DNA of 64,000 nt, from NCBI GenBank assembly GCA_030248215.1, contig JASANG010003711.1, positions 310,001 through 374,000 on the forward strand, in the 5' to 3' direction. The notes beneath the pieces were generated by a model. It made no database searches. It had not been told where the DNA came from and saw nothing but the letters and a program-made list of their open reading frames with translations. Within the stretch, counting starts at the first letter, position 1. Each line of letters begins with the position of its first letter. This DNA is from Enoplolaimus lenunculus (Eukaryota). A program made the position numbers and the translations under genes. Shown here one piece after another: positions 44,047 through 57,848 of the stretch.

Positions 44047-47000
44047 CTGAATATATAACAGATATAACGCATACTACAGCGACAGATAGGATCGATTTCT
44101 TTAACTAGTTGAAGTTAAAATTTACACCACCGAATTATCACAGCTGAATTATTGGATACGGATAATTCAAGATGGGCCGCTGAGGTCAAAGAATTACACA
44201 GTTTCAAGACTGGACAAGATTGTTTCAAATCATCTCCTATGTAGAATACTTAACTGATTTTCTCATACTCAATTAAATTGACCAAAACTTTACACACGAG
44301 TAAGTTCGTCACTCGTTTCGGACAACTAAATACGGCTTCAAAAACCAAAGTGGCGTCCAGCGTGGTTTGGCAACGTACGTGAATTGCATCATGCCACTGC
44401 TGCATTAGGGCCGTCCGGCGCCGCACTACCAGTATAGCGCTCCCCTAACGAAAAATGTTCACGTAATCCTTATTTTCTGATGCTGACGGACGGTTTATTT
44501 CGACTCATCAGTTTTGCACGAACCCCATAGTGCAATATATAGCGATATACAAGTGTGCATTATAACATCGCGTTGCCAATGTATATTACCAAATTTATTC
44601 TATGACAAAATTTAAATTAAGATACCCAAACAATATTCGTTTGTGTTTCCACAAATTATTCGTTTTAGAAAAGTACACGAAAAAATTTATTTTCATTCAG
44701 ATAAAAATATCACAAATTTTACGCACAAATACATACTACACAATATATATATGTATATATTTAGTATAGTTTAATTTATATTTAAGCTGTTGGTAGTTAT
44801 AATATTTTTCAATCCTAACCCAAACTTAAAACAACGCAACTACCAAATACATTTGGACTGAAAACGCATCATATAAATAATGGAAAAAGTGCCATTTTAA
44901 AACAAATCTGCTTATCCGGTTCTTTATATTTGCGCCCTAACCTGAATCATGTAAACGGGTTGGGACATGGGGTTAAACCTCTCAAAATCTGTGAAAAACC
45001 AGGGCATAAACTACTGCAAACTTTGCCTGAATTAATCCCGTTCCGTTATGAGATTTTGATTGAGCAACTGATCCTTTTAACCAATCACAATTAAGCACAA
45101 ATCTGTACATTTCTTTCATTTCACTGTATTTAAAGTATCTCAACAAATCAAAATATAACTGATGACTTCTCAGTTACCGATTCTATTTCAATAGTTATAT
45201 AAATTTAGGCGTTCCAAAATAATCATTCATCAACACATCAAACAGAAACGCTGACAGAATTAGCATATTCACTGTAAGCGACCTTTCAACTTCATTAGTT
45301 CAATTATATCCTGCCCCTCAATGTCAACTATAGCAATTCCTATATATAGCCGGTCACACCATACCTCCGTAAGCGAGGCTATTACATACGTAGGTATACC
45401 AAAATTAGCAACACCAAAAATTTTGTTTTGAACACAAAAAGTAAACAAACTCACAAAGTAGTCAATTTCAAATTTCCATTATCCCCGTATTCAATTTCAA
45501 CGATAATTCAACTCGACCACACAGTTTTCAATTTTAGCTTGGTCGACTTAGCATCACGACTTTCGCAAATAAATCTATATAGTTTGTTTCGTAAATAAAT
45601 AATCGCATATTTATTGTTTCTTTTTCTTTGAGGTTGAGCGATACAGCGAAAAAAATTCAGTATACACGCATGTGGTGAACCGAACCGCAAAATTTCTGAC
45701 CGCAACATCTTTGGGGGCAGACATCGTAAGAGCAGATCAAAAAATCGAACTATTTACAAATTCAAAATATCGTTGTGAAATGATTCAGGGGAGGAAATGA
45801 GTAGCGCAAATACGAGAATTATCAAATTTGGACCATTTTTGGGCAAACACCGGCTAGCGGAATTACCGAAAAGATGTGCAGTTATTATCAACTGCATGGC
45901 CTACGTTGACGACTGTTTGCTCATCGTTGCTACTGTATCAACGTTGAAGAAGCTGTTTTGCTACTTAATATACAACACAATAAGCTATTATTAGTATAAT
46001 ACTAATAGCGATTAGTTTTGAACCGGACCCCATACGTGTTTGCCTAGACTCACAGCCACATCGCGAGAATTACGAATAAAATACCGACACTCAAAATAGA
46101 AAACATCAGTTCAGACTTTCTCACATATCTATTACGTAGTATTACATTATTGAAGCAGTTTTTACAGCTTTTTCTAGCCGTTTCAAGATCAAAATATGAA
46201 CAGAAACGATTTTTTTGAAAATTTACATTTCTATTTGTTTTTTTCAAGCATGTATCAAAGATCACAGTAAGTGATACACGTTTGCTTTAGTGAGGTCTAT
46301 TTTCATTGAACTAATGGGCCCATGCTAATTATAGGAACATGCAAACTAAAAGAAAAACATGTAAACCGAGACTGTAACGCTTACGTTTATGCTTAGAATT
46401 ATGTTTAGTTTACGCTTAGGTTTAGGCTCAGCGAGCAGGCCTCTTGAATTAGCACGGGCCGTGTCACGCAATCTTATCGTATACTCCAACTTCGTAAATT
46501 TCAAACTGCTATAAAAACAGAGTACCGACTTTATTTTTAATACTCAGACAATTTAGCGTACATTATCAACGAGCTAAGAACAAGAAAAGTTGGTCGTCTT
46601 AACGATTTCGTAAGAGTTTGCGGCTGTCAAATGTCATACTATTTTCTATTATTGAATCTTTTTGTTCGCTGCCCCAGACATCCAGTTCAGTTGTTTTTTA
46701 CTTTATCAAGAAAGCAACTTTAAACTTATTTAAATAGCAATTTTTGCATTTCGACTACGTACGTAACGCCATACTGCCTGTTTCACACAATAATCTTTCA
46801 ACATTGCTCGTTACGTTTGCAGCTGCATTCAGTGCCAAATTTATGCGAAACCATGTCAAAAATTAGGTACTAAAAACTCTCTACACAAAGTTTTCAACGA
46901 CAAATGTTTACAAAAAGTTCCGATTTTTTTCTGCTCAAAAATTTATTTCAATTTACAAGCACCGCTACAGTAGCAGAGCGTAGAGTTCTCAACGGTTAGC

Positions 47001-48499
47001 AAGAGCATAGATTTTTAATCACCAAAACAGAAAAAACAATGCAATATTCAAGCAAAAAATCCGTTGTAATGACTAGAAATACTATAAAATTAACTAAAAC
47101 AAGCAAAAAAATAAACTGAAAACTTTCGACAACAGCACAAGTTTCTAAATTCCACTTTTGCTGTCTTTAGCATTAATTTTGACTAAAAGCGCTCTGTCTC
47201 TGCTTGTGTGTTTAGGAAAATTCGCCGGCAAAACGTCTGCGGACACTAATGTTAGACGCGGGTTGCTGGATTTCAGTAATTAAAATTTCAACTGAAACTT
47301 AAACTTTTTAATGATGCATAATTAAAAGATGTCAAATTTTGATTCAAAGCAAGAGTATGTGACTTATATCCTCTCTGTGTTGCTACTGTAGTGATGCGAA
47401 TAAAAAAATGAAGACTATTTCGCGTTTTCAGGAGCCCAAGGTATCCCTCCCGCTATTCGGATCCGGACTGTTATTTTTCAATTCAGATCCAGCTAATTGG
47501 ACTACACACCTGCAACGTTTTGCCAGCCATTTTCTATTGTTTAAGTTCATTATTTTAGAAATATACTTTTAATTCTTGAGTATGCTGCTACGATTAGATT
47601 GCAAGCAACATTATTACTTTGAGTATTGATTAAAATGCTTTACGAAACTTTAGCCCAGTCCAGGAAACAGTGCAAGGCTATAGGCAGGCGCAATAGAAAT
47701 TTACGGGTCAATTCCTTTTGAATTTCTGTCCATGAGTTTTGGTAATTTGTCCAGCTGGAAAGACGTCGAAATTTTTACAAAACGCAACCCTCAAATTCAA
47801 AATCGTGGGAACGCCCATGGTAACAAGAATGACATCACGAGTTGCAAGCTGTTGCTTAAGCGTACAGACCGGAACGCTAAACCACACTGTAGGAATGTAC
47901 GATCGTTTTATTAAAAAGCATTTACAAAAGCTCGCATTTTGCATTTTAATAACTTTAACTACTTTTTGCATTTTCAGTGTTGAGTTGAGCTTAGCAGCCG
48001 TAACTCCAACTTCTAAGGAAACAACAAACTTCGTGTTTCAAAACATTCCAGTAGGTAGCAATCAGCGGCACACCTTTATCACACTCTTACACCGGACCCC
48101 TACTCGCATTTAAAAATGCGATGCGCCCCGAAATTTTTCCTGCAACACCTCCCTTCGAATTTGTCTTGGACCTTCACGAATATTGACCCACCCTCTCCCC
48201 ATGCAAAAAAATTCCTGGTTACACCTGTGTAACTTCGGCTATGAACCTCAACGAGTATGAAACTGCGAAAATAGCTTGCAGGTCCCAAATACATTGTATG
48301 ATTAAAATATATACTAATGAAAATATCTCTACGTTACATGAAACAATACTATATTTTTTTATGAATTAACAAGCGAATCAGGAGTCTAATCCGCTGAAAC
48401 ATTTTGACCAACAAGAAATCCCTGATTAACAAAGATACGTACTCTTCCTAGAGTAGCAATTTCCAGGATTTATGGTGGTTATCAGTGAATCATCGACAT

Positions 48500-51400
48500 A
48501 TGATCATAGAAACAACTGCACGCATTACTGAAACCAAAGTAGTGTTTCGGTTTGTACCGTTGATATGTTTGCTGTTATTAATTAATCCAATCTCGCTCAG
48601 ACAAATCCAGTACTTGAGTAAGTCACTTTGTTTATTGCAAGTGTACTTATTTGTGATTTATTTTAATGTGGTTAAGGACGTTAACGATACACACATCACA
48701 AGGGTTAGGCGTCCTGGATTTAACACATCAACATTCGCAGAACGGAAACAAGACGTTATGGAACAACGAAAGGATCAATGCAAAAAACATTTCAAAATTC
48801 GATCATTGTTCGGCAAACGCTGGCTGGACGGGAATAACTAAAATAAACTCCAACGCAAGATGATCCACTGGAAACCGTGTTGCGGTTGCGCAATAGTCTT
48901 TTTTGGCCGCGCGGTACAAATAAAAATAATTTTTACATGCGATGCATAGCGGCACGCAGCGTCACGCCGTCACGGCGCGCTGTCAAAACGCACTTTTGAT
49001 GTGCCGCACGCAGGTACCGACTCAACAACCAAACTCTCAGCGTTTGCTTATCTGACATTCACACCATAAGGTCACTATCGCTTTCGCATGGTTACGTCAT
49101 AGTTAATTCACTTATTTCAGCAACAATTACAACCACACGATCAAAACGTGACAGTGGAGTGCGTGCATGGATTCTGCAAGTTCCGTCAAACAATGTTGAT
49201 GGGTATATTACGGGTACAGGTTGCGGATCTTCGCTGCACTGCAATCGGTGAGTTATAACACATAAACACAAGGGTGTAATTTCGTATCCTAGCATTATAT
49301 CAGCGAAGGTACGAAGCTTGACGCGCTGAGTTTGTTGTAAATTTTGGGATGGTCATAAAACCTCTACTGATTATTCCAAGACCAAATTTCAATTTCGGAA
49401 AAAATCGAACCTGTTATTAATTTTAGCTCCATGACTTGTGAACCGATTTTCTGGCCGCAATCCAGTCAGCGCCACAGGCTGTTGTAAAACGAACCAATAA
49501 ATTTATTGAAGTTTCAGAGGAACGATATGTACGGCCGGCAAGTGTTCATGCCCGTACGGCTCAATTGCGACACCAACATCGTGTTTACCAACAGCGTATC
49601 CAGGTCAGCCGTGTTTGCAAGGTAAGTCGTAAGTAACAGAACCACTATATATTATTTGCATTAGAGATGTCCCAGGCCGGGTGCAACCGGAATTACAATT
49701 TACCGGAAACGGAACCCGAATTTGGGTAAAATTAGCGGAAACGGCACGGGAAAATGAAAAATACATGCCACCAAAAAATTAATTTTAGTTTTCTTTTTTG
49801 CAATATTATTGGTGAAATAACCCTTGAAGAGAGTTATTCACTTTATTTGCTGTATTTTAGATTTTCATAATCCATGGAAGCGAAATGTGCCTTCGATATT
49901 TTATTTTCGGCGATTGGCAAGCGTTGTATACTATACTAATAAAATTTATTTAATTTTTATCGTCATTTTTAGTAAAATATCTTAATTTCCATCAACCAAA
50001 TTTTATTACCGGAATTTTTAATTCCGACAAAAATTTACCCGAACCGAAAGGTGAAAAAATGCCGGAACCGGAATTCCGGTTGGACCCTTGTCCGGGACAA
50101 AGATTTTTACCAGGACCGGAGCCGGGTCCAGCAAATTACACTAAACATCAAATTGTACGTATCTTTTACGTAAGCAATAAAGCATATAAATACCTCGGAG
50201 TATGGTGGCGTCTTTATGATATCACAACACGCGACATTTTGCCTTGCGAAGAATAAGTTACGTACTGCAGTACTGTTGTAGTGTTTAAAATGAAGCTTGC
50301 ACAACAGCAGCAGCAACGTTAGGCTAAGCGGTGAAACCGTTTTATCTGGTTTCGTCCGCGGTACCGCGGCCCGGCCCCGGGACATCTCTAATTCGCATCA
50401 ACCGATGACACAAAAACTGCACACATGATAAATATCGGATATACAGCCAAACAGTCGGGCCCGCATCCAAAGGAGGGCCAGGAGGGCTCTGCCCCCTCTG
50501 GAAAAATTTTGGCCCCCCTCTAGAAGACTTTCAATCTTGCTTGCAAGTCACTGAAAGCCTTTAAATGCCCCTGCTGAAATTTTTTTAGCCCCCACCCTAG
50601 CAAGGTGGGCTGGCTACGGGCCTGCAAATAGTATCGTATCAGCGAAAACAGATAAGAATAATGTCAAGGCAAGTTCTTCACCACCCAGGAGGAGAAACTG
50701 GGGATGCGAAATGTGGTTTGCTGGGGCGAAACGTAAATGTTTCCTACATTTACCATTTGTTTCTGCGCTGCGTACTCGTTAGATACGTATCACACCAACA
50801 ATTGGTGCCCGACGTTATACCTAGCATGAATTATACTTTACTATCGCGCAAACTGTCAATCGTTTCTCTGTTTGCAGAGTGTATAAAATGCGGAGCGGAG
50901 TCAAAAGACGGACGGATCGGAGTGGGGACACTCGGATGTTGGTGGAGAAGCTGGACAGGGATGGGATGGGATGTGCTGCTGAAAACCGAAACTAAAGACC
51001 GAGACCAGCAAACTGAGACCGACACTAAAAATTCTCGGTCTCGGTTTTATTGTCATAAGGAATGATTTATTTACAGTTTACAATTGAACAAAATTCAATA
51101 AAACAAGACAAAAGACAATTTTCAAATTTATTTGGTCATTTGATTTTCGAGTTTGGGTCTCGGTTAGAAACCTACCGAAACTCAGTTTGAAACCTACCGA
51201 AACTCAGTTTGAAACCTACCCAAACTCAAACAAACGAGACCGAGTTCGAGCCCAACTAAATATGGAGACCGCCCATCCCTGGCCCTCGAGATACCCAGAA
51301 AACCGTAGACGCATAATGGTCAACGTGTGCACAATGCGTTAATCGCTGAGTGTGCCCACTGTTAGTTATAACCTTTCGCAGTTGTAGACCAGCAATGCAC

Positions 51401-54400
51401 ACACGGCAGTTCGCTATGTCAGCATGGTTCGTGTAGTTGTCCATCGGGGTATTACTTGGTCTCAAATCAATGCATTAAAGTTACATATCTAACGTCTGTG
51501 GGTCCTGGCGGTGCGTGCAGCGTCAGCACTCAGTGCATTGGCGGATCTTTGTGTGTTAGTGGAGTAAGTCACATTAGTATAAATAAAGTGAAATCAACGA
51601 GTGAACGCCACTGGCGGATCTAAGACGCGATGGGTACCCAGGCCTAGACTACCATTTTGAATTACGGTTTAGCGTTAAAATTGCGCTTGGCTTGTTTCTC
51701 ACTTCGCTCGCAAGTTTTGCCCACTATTACGTATATCTCGCGCTCTGTCTTTCAGATTAAACTATGCGCAAATTTAATCTTGCACCCAAGCGTGAATATA
51801 GAGATTCTTAACTGAAATTTTGTCTAAAGAGCAAAAATTTTTCTACTCGCACGCATGGCTCACCAATCTTACCGGTGGCACTAGCTACCCGACCCCCTAG
51901 CGGCCAGACGAGGAGTAAACAAGACACTGTATGTATTTTTAACATAAAACGATAAAACGTCCAGAATCCTCGCACCAATACAGATATAATTCTAAAGAAG
52001 TTTCACTAATGTTTAACCGAAAATTTGAGATAAATGACATCGCGACGAATTAAACACACACAAAACGTCTTATGTTTGTGTTTGATTTTTATGTTTTAGA
52101 TTTGCTATTGTCCAGCGGGTACAATAATTCAACACGGCGTCTGCACAAGTTTGCAAACAAAATATGGGTATAAACATAACATTATTCCAACGCATATCTC
52201 ACATCATACTGTTGGTAATATAGGTAAGCCAATCGGTTCAAGTACCAAATATGTCAACCATCAAACCAAATATGTCAACTATCCAACCAAATATATCACA
52301 GCAGAACCAACATGCACTTGTAGCCAGTTAAACGAGACAGTGATAGCCAAATAATTTCACAAGCGACATTCGAGGATTCCACACGAATTTGCAACCACGC
52401 ACAAAATGCTATCCAGAGGCCGAAATTTGTCTAGAAATCGCTGGGTCCTTCTAGTGCTTTTCTGACCGGAAAGCAAAGTAGACATCCGCGTACGTTAACT
52501 AGACACCAAAGATTGTCAGTTTATATTTGTGTGGAGGCAACGAAATTGCAATGGGTGGTTATTTATGCGCCAAGGCATAATTTACACATACATGCCAGGG
52601 TGGCAACGAAGGCTCGGATTCGGATACGGCAAAAATTTTATGGTCCAGATTCCGTTGCGAAAAAGCCGAATCCAACAATAATTGGCAACATGTTTTTTCA
52701 TTTTTAAACAATGAAAATATCAAATAACTTGTTACATAAATCAATATTTTTTGATTCAAGTCACAAACCTCAGAACTCAATTCGGGCACGAAATATATTA
52801 ACGTTTAACAGTTACGCGGCTGGCATTGAGTTAATATTCTGAAACAAATTATACATATATCTGAAATTTGCAACATGCACGTTTCGGATTCGGCAACTTA
52901 GTAATGGATTCTGATTCGGTCAAATCGTGGATTCGGCGCCACCCTATTGTTTAGCGCTGCCACTAAAGTAGTAATTTAATAGAAGACAAATCCTTCGCAC
53001 TAATTGTTTTCCTAAGCCTAAGCCTTTTTAATGAATCCAGCTATGTATGCCTCGGTGTTCGCTACTGTGGGGCTGGGCAATCGCTGGATCGCTACGCTGT
53101 GGGGGCATCAAACTGGAGGTTTCGGTTCGCAACCGGGTGGAACAATAAAGCGTCAGTTGCATTGGCCAGTGTTTAGCTACGCGTACAACTCAAATATCTA
53201 CACACCACGAGAATTTAAGAAACAAAAATTTTGACCGGACATTCAACTCTTGAGTGCGTGGGGCTTAAAACCAAGGAGAAAATTTTAAGTTGTGGGACGC
53301 TTGGTAAGTGAAGGCACCTCACCCCGCGGGGCGGGGGTGAATTATTTACTTTGTTGGTACATATTAAAAACATCTATCAATTAATTGTACACATGAAAAT
53401 TACAATACTACATATTTAGTGCCTTGCATCAGTGGCCAACAGTAGGACATCGCCAACTTAATTCATAAATTACTTTAGGAAGTTCATGTACTGGCGGAAA
53501 TATTTGCAGCGGTGGCGCTTACTGCTACGCAGGTCTATGTATGTGCCCAAGCACAGTTGTGAGCCACAATGGACTATGCGTCGACACAGGAAACGTCGGC
53601 GGAATTGTGCCACATCACGGAAGTTATATTCCTGCCCCAGTTGTTCAACCGTATCCTTACCCGGCAATTCCACACACGGTGACATTGCAGCCGGCATCAG
53701 TAACAACTGAATGCTTTCCGGATTTAGCTTGCGCGATTACTGCGGAGGTAAGTAGAAATTTCAATTTCAAAAGAGGAAATTTTAAGTATTAACTAGTATC
53801 GGCGTTGGTCTTAAAACCACGTTTGGCTTAATTCCTCAAAATTTTGCCTCAATTTTTAAGTGACCGAAAAGAGAAACATATTTAAATTTAAAACGGAATA
53901 ACATGAAATATTTTATCCAAAACTCACGTGCAAACACCGGACAAACTGCTTGTTTACTTCAAGTCCGTTAAACATAAGGCGCTACCGCAGCGAACACTGC
54001 ATGGTAATAGAACGCCGCAGGCGACTACAATTATAACAGTTGCCACTAGCCAGCGGATGCGAAATTTGTAGCTTGGCGTCGCAGTTTTAATCGAGTGTTG
54101 TCAACCAACTGCACGAACATGGGTGATGACCATTATTGCATTAACATTTAAGAATATTTGAGTAATTTATGCATTTTCTAGTGCCCAATCGGCGCATACT
54201 GCGTCAAAACTCGCTGTTGTTGTGCCCGTGGTACTATTCGCTCCTCAAGTAATTGTATTCAACCAGCCCCTGGATCCGCAACCATGATATCGGCAATGAC
54301 TACCACAACAACTATGGCGACTACAGCCGCAACAACAGCAGCGACCGAGTCACAAACAACTACAGCAACAGATGAAGCGACGCAACAAGAAACTACAACT

Positions 54401-56555
54401 CTTCAGCTACGAACCTTAGGACCAATAGTCGATCCAATGCCTCCACCCACAGAAATTCCCCCTATGCCATCAAGAACTCTGGCAACTATTGTGACACCGA
54501 TTACAGTTGCTTCAACTACTGGTAACGGAGACCCCCCACCTTTACCACCAATGCCGATGATAGATGGAAAGCTCATGCCAGAAGGCCGTCCTCCAATTCC
54601 GGACGCTAACGAACAGATCGGACCCGTGCAGCCATCGATGGTACAGCAACAGCAAAGTACGTGGATTAATTATATGCATCGGGTATTTTTCGTCTCACAA
54701 AATCTTCTGTTTGTTGTATACCTATATATTCTTGAACACATATCGTGATGCTGAGCTATCATATTCTACGATAAGGCAACATCAAGGTACACATATATCC
54801 GACGGTTGCACTGATACATATTTTTCCGGAAACATATTATTCAAGTATCGTGTTTATGTACATTAAGCGAATGCAATATTAATTGGTCGAAGCTAAACTC
54901 GGACGTTCGTGAAGCGTTTTATATTTTCTACTAGGGGTTGAAAGGTATTTCCGTCCGTCTGTCCGTCCGACCAGAATCTCACGAATCGCTTAACCGGTTT
55001 TGATAAGCTTTTTTGTTTGAAATCTTACTATCCTGGTGTGTTAATCTCGCATTGTGGTTTTAAATTCTAACCCGTTCATGAGCTACATGCTAATTTGAAT
55101 AATTGGTTATGCCAACATAACTTTCACATAATTTCGCAAATTAGTACGGTTAAAAAGCGATATGACCCAAATACGAAAAGGTTTTTGACTGCGAGGAATT
55201 TGATCTAATTTGGGTATTGGTTTAACTGGTTAATCCTAAACAAGCGGTCGCACAATGTCAAAAACCAACACACCATTTTTTCTTAACCTCTTTCGCCTTG
55301 TTTCATTCCTTTGCGTAAAACCTGCCAAGCTCATATAAATGCAACTAAATAAACTTAACCCACACCATACTGTTTGTCATGAAACTGTTCTACGTAACTT
55401 CAGACAACTGCCCAAACGACGCACCATCATACGAAGACTGTATTGGCCAATTATGTCCCGACAACAAAATGTGTATTAACGGAAAATGTTGCGAGACGGA
55501 AGGATTCGACGGTGTAGTAGATTCAAGCTTCAATAGATTCGACAGAGATTTCGGAGCTGGGCACCAACTTCCCTGTAAGTTTGAATTTCAATTTGCAGCT
55601 TGACAAACAACGGTATTATATAGAACAAATCACTAATCGCAAGGGACTTCGGTGTATGTTAAGATGGGTTGCGTTACAAGTGCTACAAGTAGTACAGCTG
55701 GTAACAATAATTAACCAGAAATAAAATTCATGTAGTACTTTTGTGTACTATGAACATCTAATTAGATCTCACCACCTCTGTGGCACCATAATTTGTGTTA
55801 CATCATTCCATTTAACCATAGTATTCAAAATCTTAGCTTGCATACGTACTAAGTATCCCTACATTGTTTTAAATTTAATTACAGCTCATAGTCCGCTGAA
55901 TCCTTTCGAAACACTGGAACGAATGTCACCTTTTGAGCGCAACTTTTACCTCGCATTGCTTGCAAAAACCCAGCAACACCAGCCAACACATCAACTTAGT
56001 GAGATTCCCTTGCCCCATGGCGCAATTCGTATTCCACTACCAACTCCTAAATCACACCGTAATCTAGTTATGGGACGAATGTTTACGCCAAAATCAGATA
56101 AGACCGTCACAGCCACTGTGGATTCGCTACGTCCCACATGGAACCCAATACGTAACCCAGTTCCTCGAGGACCACACCATTCATTTGCGCCCGACAGCAA
56201 AACATTCACAAATTTTGGTATCCTTTCCAGCTCTGCCATAATAAGTCACATCTTACCTCTTACTCTGAGTAGAAACGGCGGCCGAACACCCGATTCTGTT
56301 AGTGAAGTCACTCAAACTGCCATGAGCAACCGAAATGATGGAGCCGACTATACACCACTGGTAAAAGTAGGTCAGCACTGCGACACTGACTGGGACTGTG
56401 TAACGGTTGGCGTCTGTGACCGAACCAAACATACGTGTAGTTGCCGCCCGGATGACTTACAAATTGGGATCTACTGCTTGAATGGAAACGGTGTTGATTT
56501 AGAGGGTACATCTTGGCGGTCAGCCGAGCGACACAAAAGACAAAAAACAACGTAA
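48500..56555 (+). CDS. Extracellular Cys-rich EB-module protein with a Thr/Pro-rich stalk; exons 48500-48617, 49121-49247, 49518-49621, 51388-51563, 52100-52223, 53479-53747, 54182-54656, 55404-55574, 55885-56555
   Basis: Hydrophobic FVPLICLLLLINP N-terminus and an RSKR site. Repeated modules include YPGQPCLQDQQCTHGSSLCQHGSCSCPSGYYLVSNQC, GPGGACSVSTQCIGGSLCVSGICYCPAGTIIQHGVC, GSSCTGGNICSGGAYCYAGLCMCP and VGQHCDTDWDCVTVGVCDRTKHTCSC. All junction phases are consistent. Confidence 0.85.
49662..50390. mobile_element. hAT-like non-autonomous element in an intron
   Basis: TIRs TAGAGATGTCCCAGGCCGGG and CCCGGCCCCGGGACATCTCTA; 8-bp TSD ATTTGCAT / ATTCGCAT. Confidence 0.8.
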
Positions 56556-57848
56556 CATGGCATGGAAGTACAGAACTGTAACACGGTCGCAGTAACTGTA
56601 ACGTTTCTAATTCGTTAGGGACGCGAATACTATCTAGAATTACGATATTTAAAAATAAATACAAGGACTCGATTTTTTCTAAAAGAAAAACCCGGACACT
56701 GAGGAATTTTTTATGCAATGCAAAGCGACGAATGTCATTCACAAAAATTTATTTCAAGTAAATCATTAAGCAAAATGTCGAATTAACTTAAAGTGAGACA
56801 TGTCATGCCTCTGCATCTCGACCATTCCTAATTAAACATTCGTAATCGTAACCCAAGTATATCAGCGTAGGTTATTCATTACTCAAAGGTGAAGCCTGTT
56901 GACCAACTTTTTCCTTCTGCAATTTGCTATTACATACGACATGCGATGGTTCTCTTAAGAGACATGTTTGGACTGTTTTGTTTCTAATTTATTTCACACA
57001 GTTAGCGTTGGTTGTGCAACTAATTATTTAGTTTAGGTACGATACAGTTACTATTCAGAATGCAGGCTGGGTATGTTAAAATCACTAAGCTAATTTTATT
57101 CAGGGTATTCGGCGAAAATACTCGGAATAACCGGAATACCCAGACCCGGATGCAACTCTAATACTATCCTCACCACACAAACAGCTGAGTTCAAAATGTG
57201 CTGGTTGATCGCGGTGTAATATAAAACTACGAAGCATTCGTATAAGACAAACCGCATAACAGCATGAAACATTTCAAACGCGTTTCCGCCGAAGCAACAA
57301 CGCGATACATTCTAACCGTCATAAGCTTCAAAACACTATTTCCAAGTTCAAGTGATAGTTGCAAAGGTTTTGAGCAAAAAACACGGACTTTGTTCGCAAG
57401 TTAATCCCAGCATTGTCGCAGCTGATACATAATCGATCGGGATTAAGAAAACCTCGCGAAGGAAGAACAATTTATAAGCTAAAAAGGAACCTTGAGAGGA
57501 ACCGCTCGCTCATGCCCCTTTCCCTCGGCTGCCGCACCACTGCTATTTCGTGAATTTTGATATTAAAACACACAAACCCTCATGCTAATATTGCTACAGT
57601 TATGTTAAATTAATAAAATTTTAATGTAATCTTATCCGTATCCTTGCGTGGACGCATTGATTGCTTGCTTGTATGAGAAAAAGTGTAATGAAGCACGTAC
57701 ATACTTTTAAAAAAAATCTGTTAGCCTGGGCAAGCGACAGCTGTTTGCACCAAGTAATACGCGCTCTAAGTGTAAACATTCACAACCTACAACGAGCTTC
57801 TGGTTTCTCAACTTTACGAGCAACAAAATTTTAAAGCAAAACTTCCAT

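Noticed and set aside
50878..50960. Possible extra exon in the EB gene after TTTGCAG (ECIKCGAESK...)
   Set aside because: It would interrupt an EB module that joins cleanly from 49621 to 51388, is not EB-like, and runs into a MITE.
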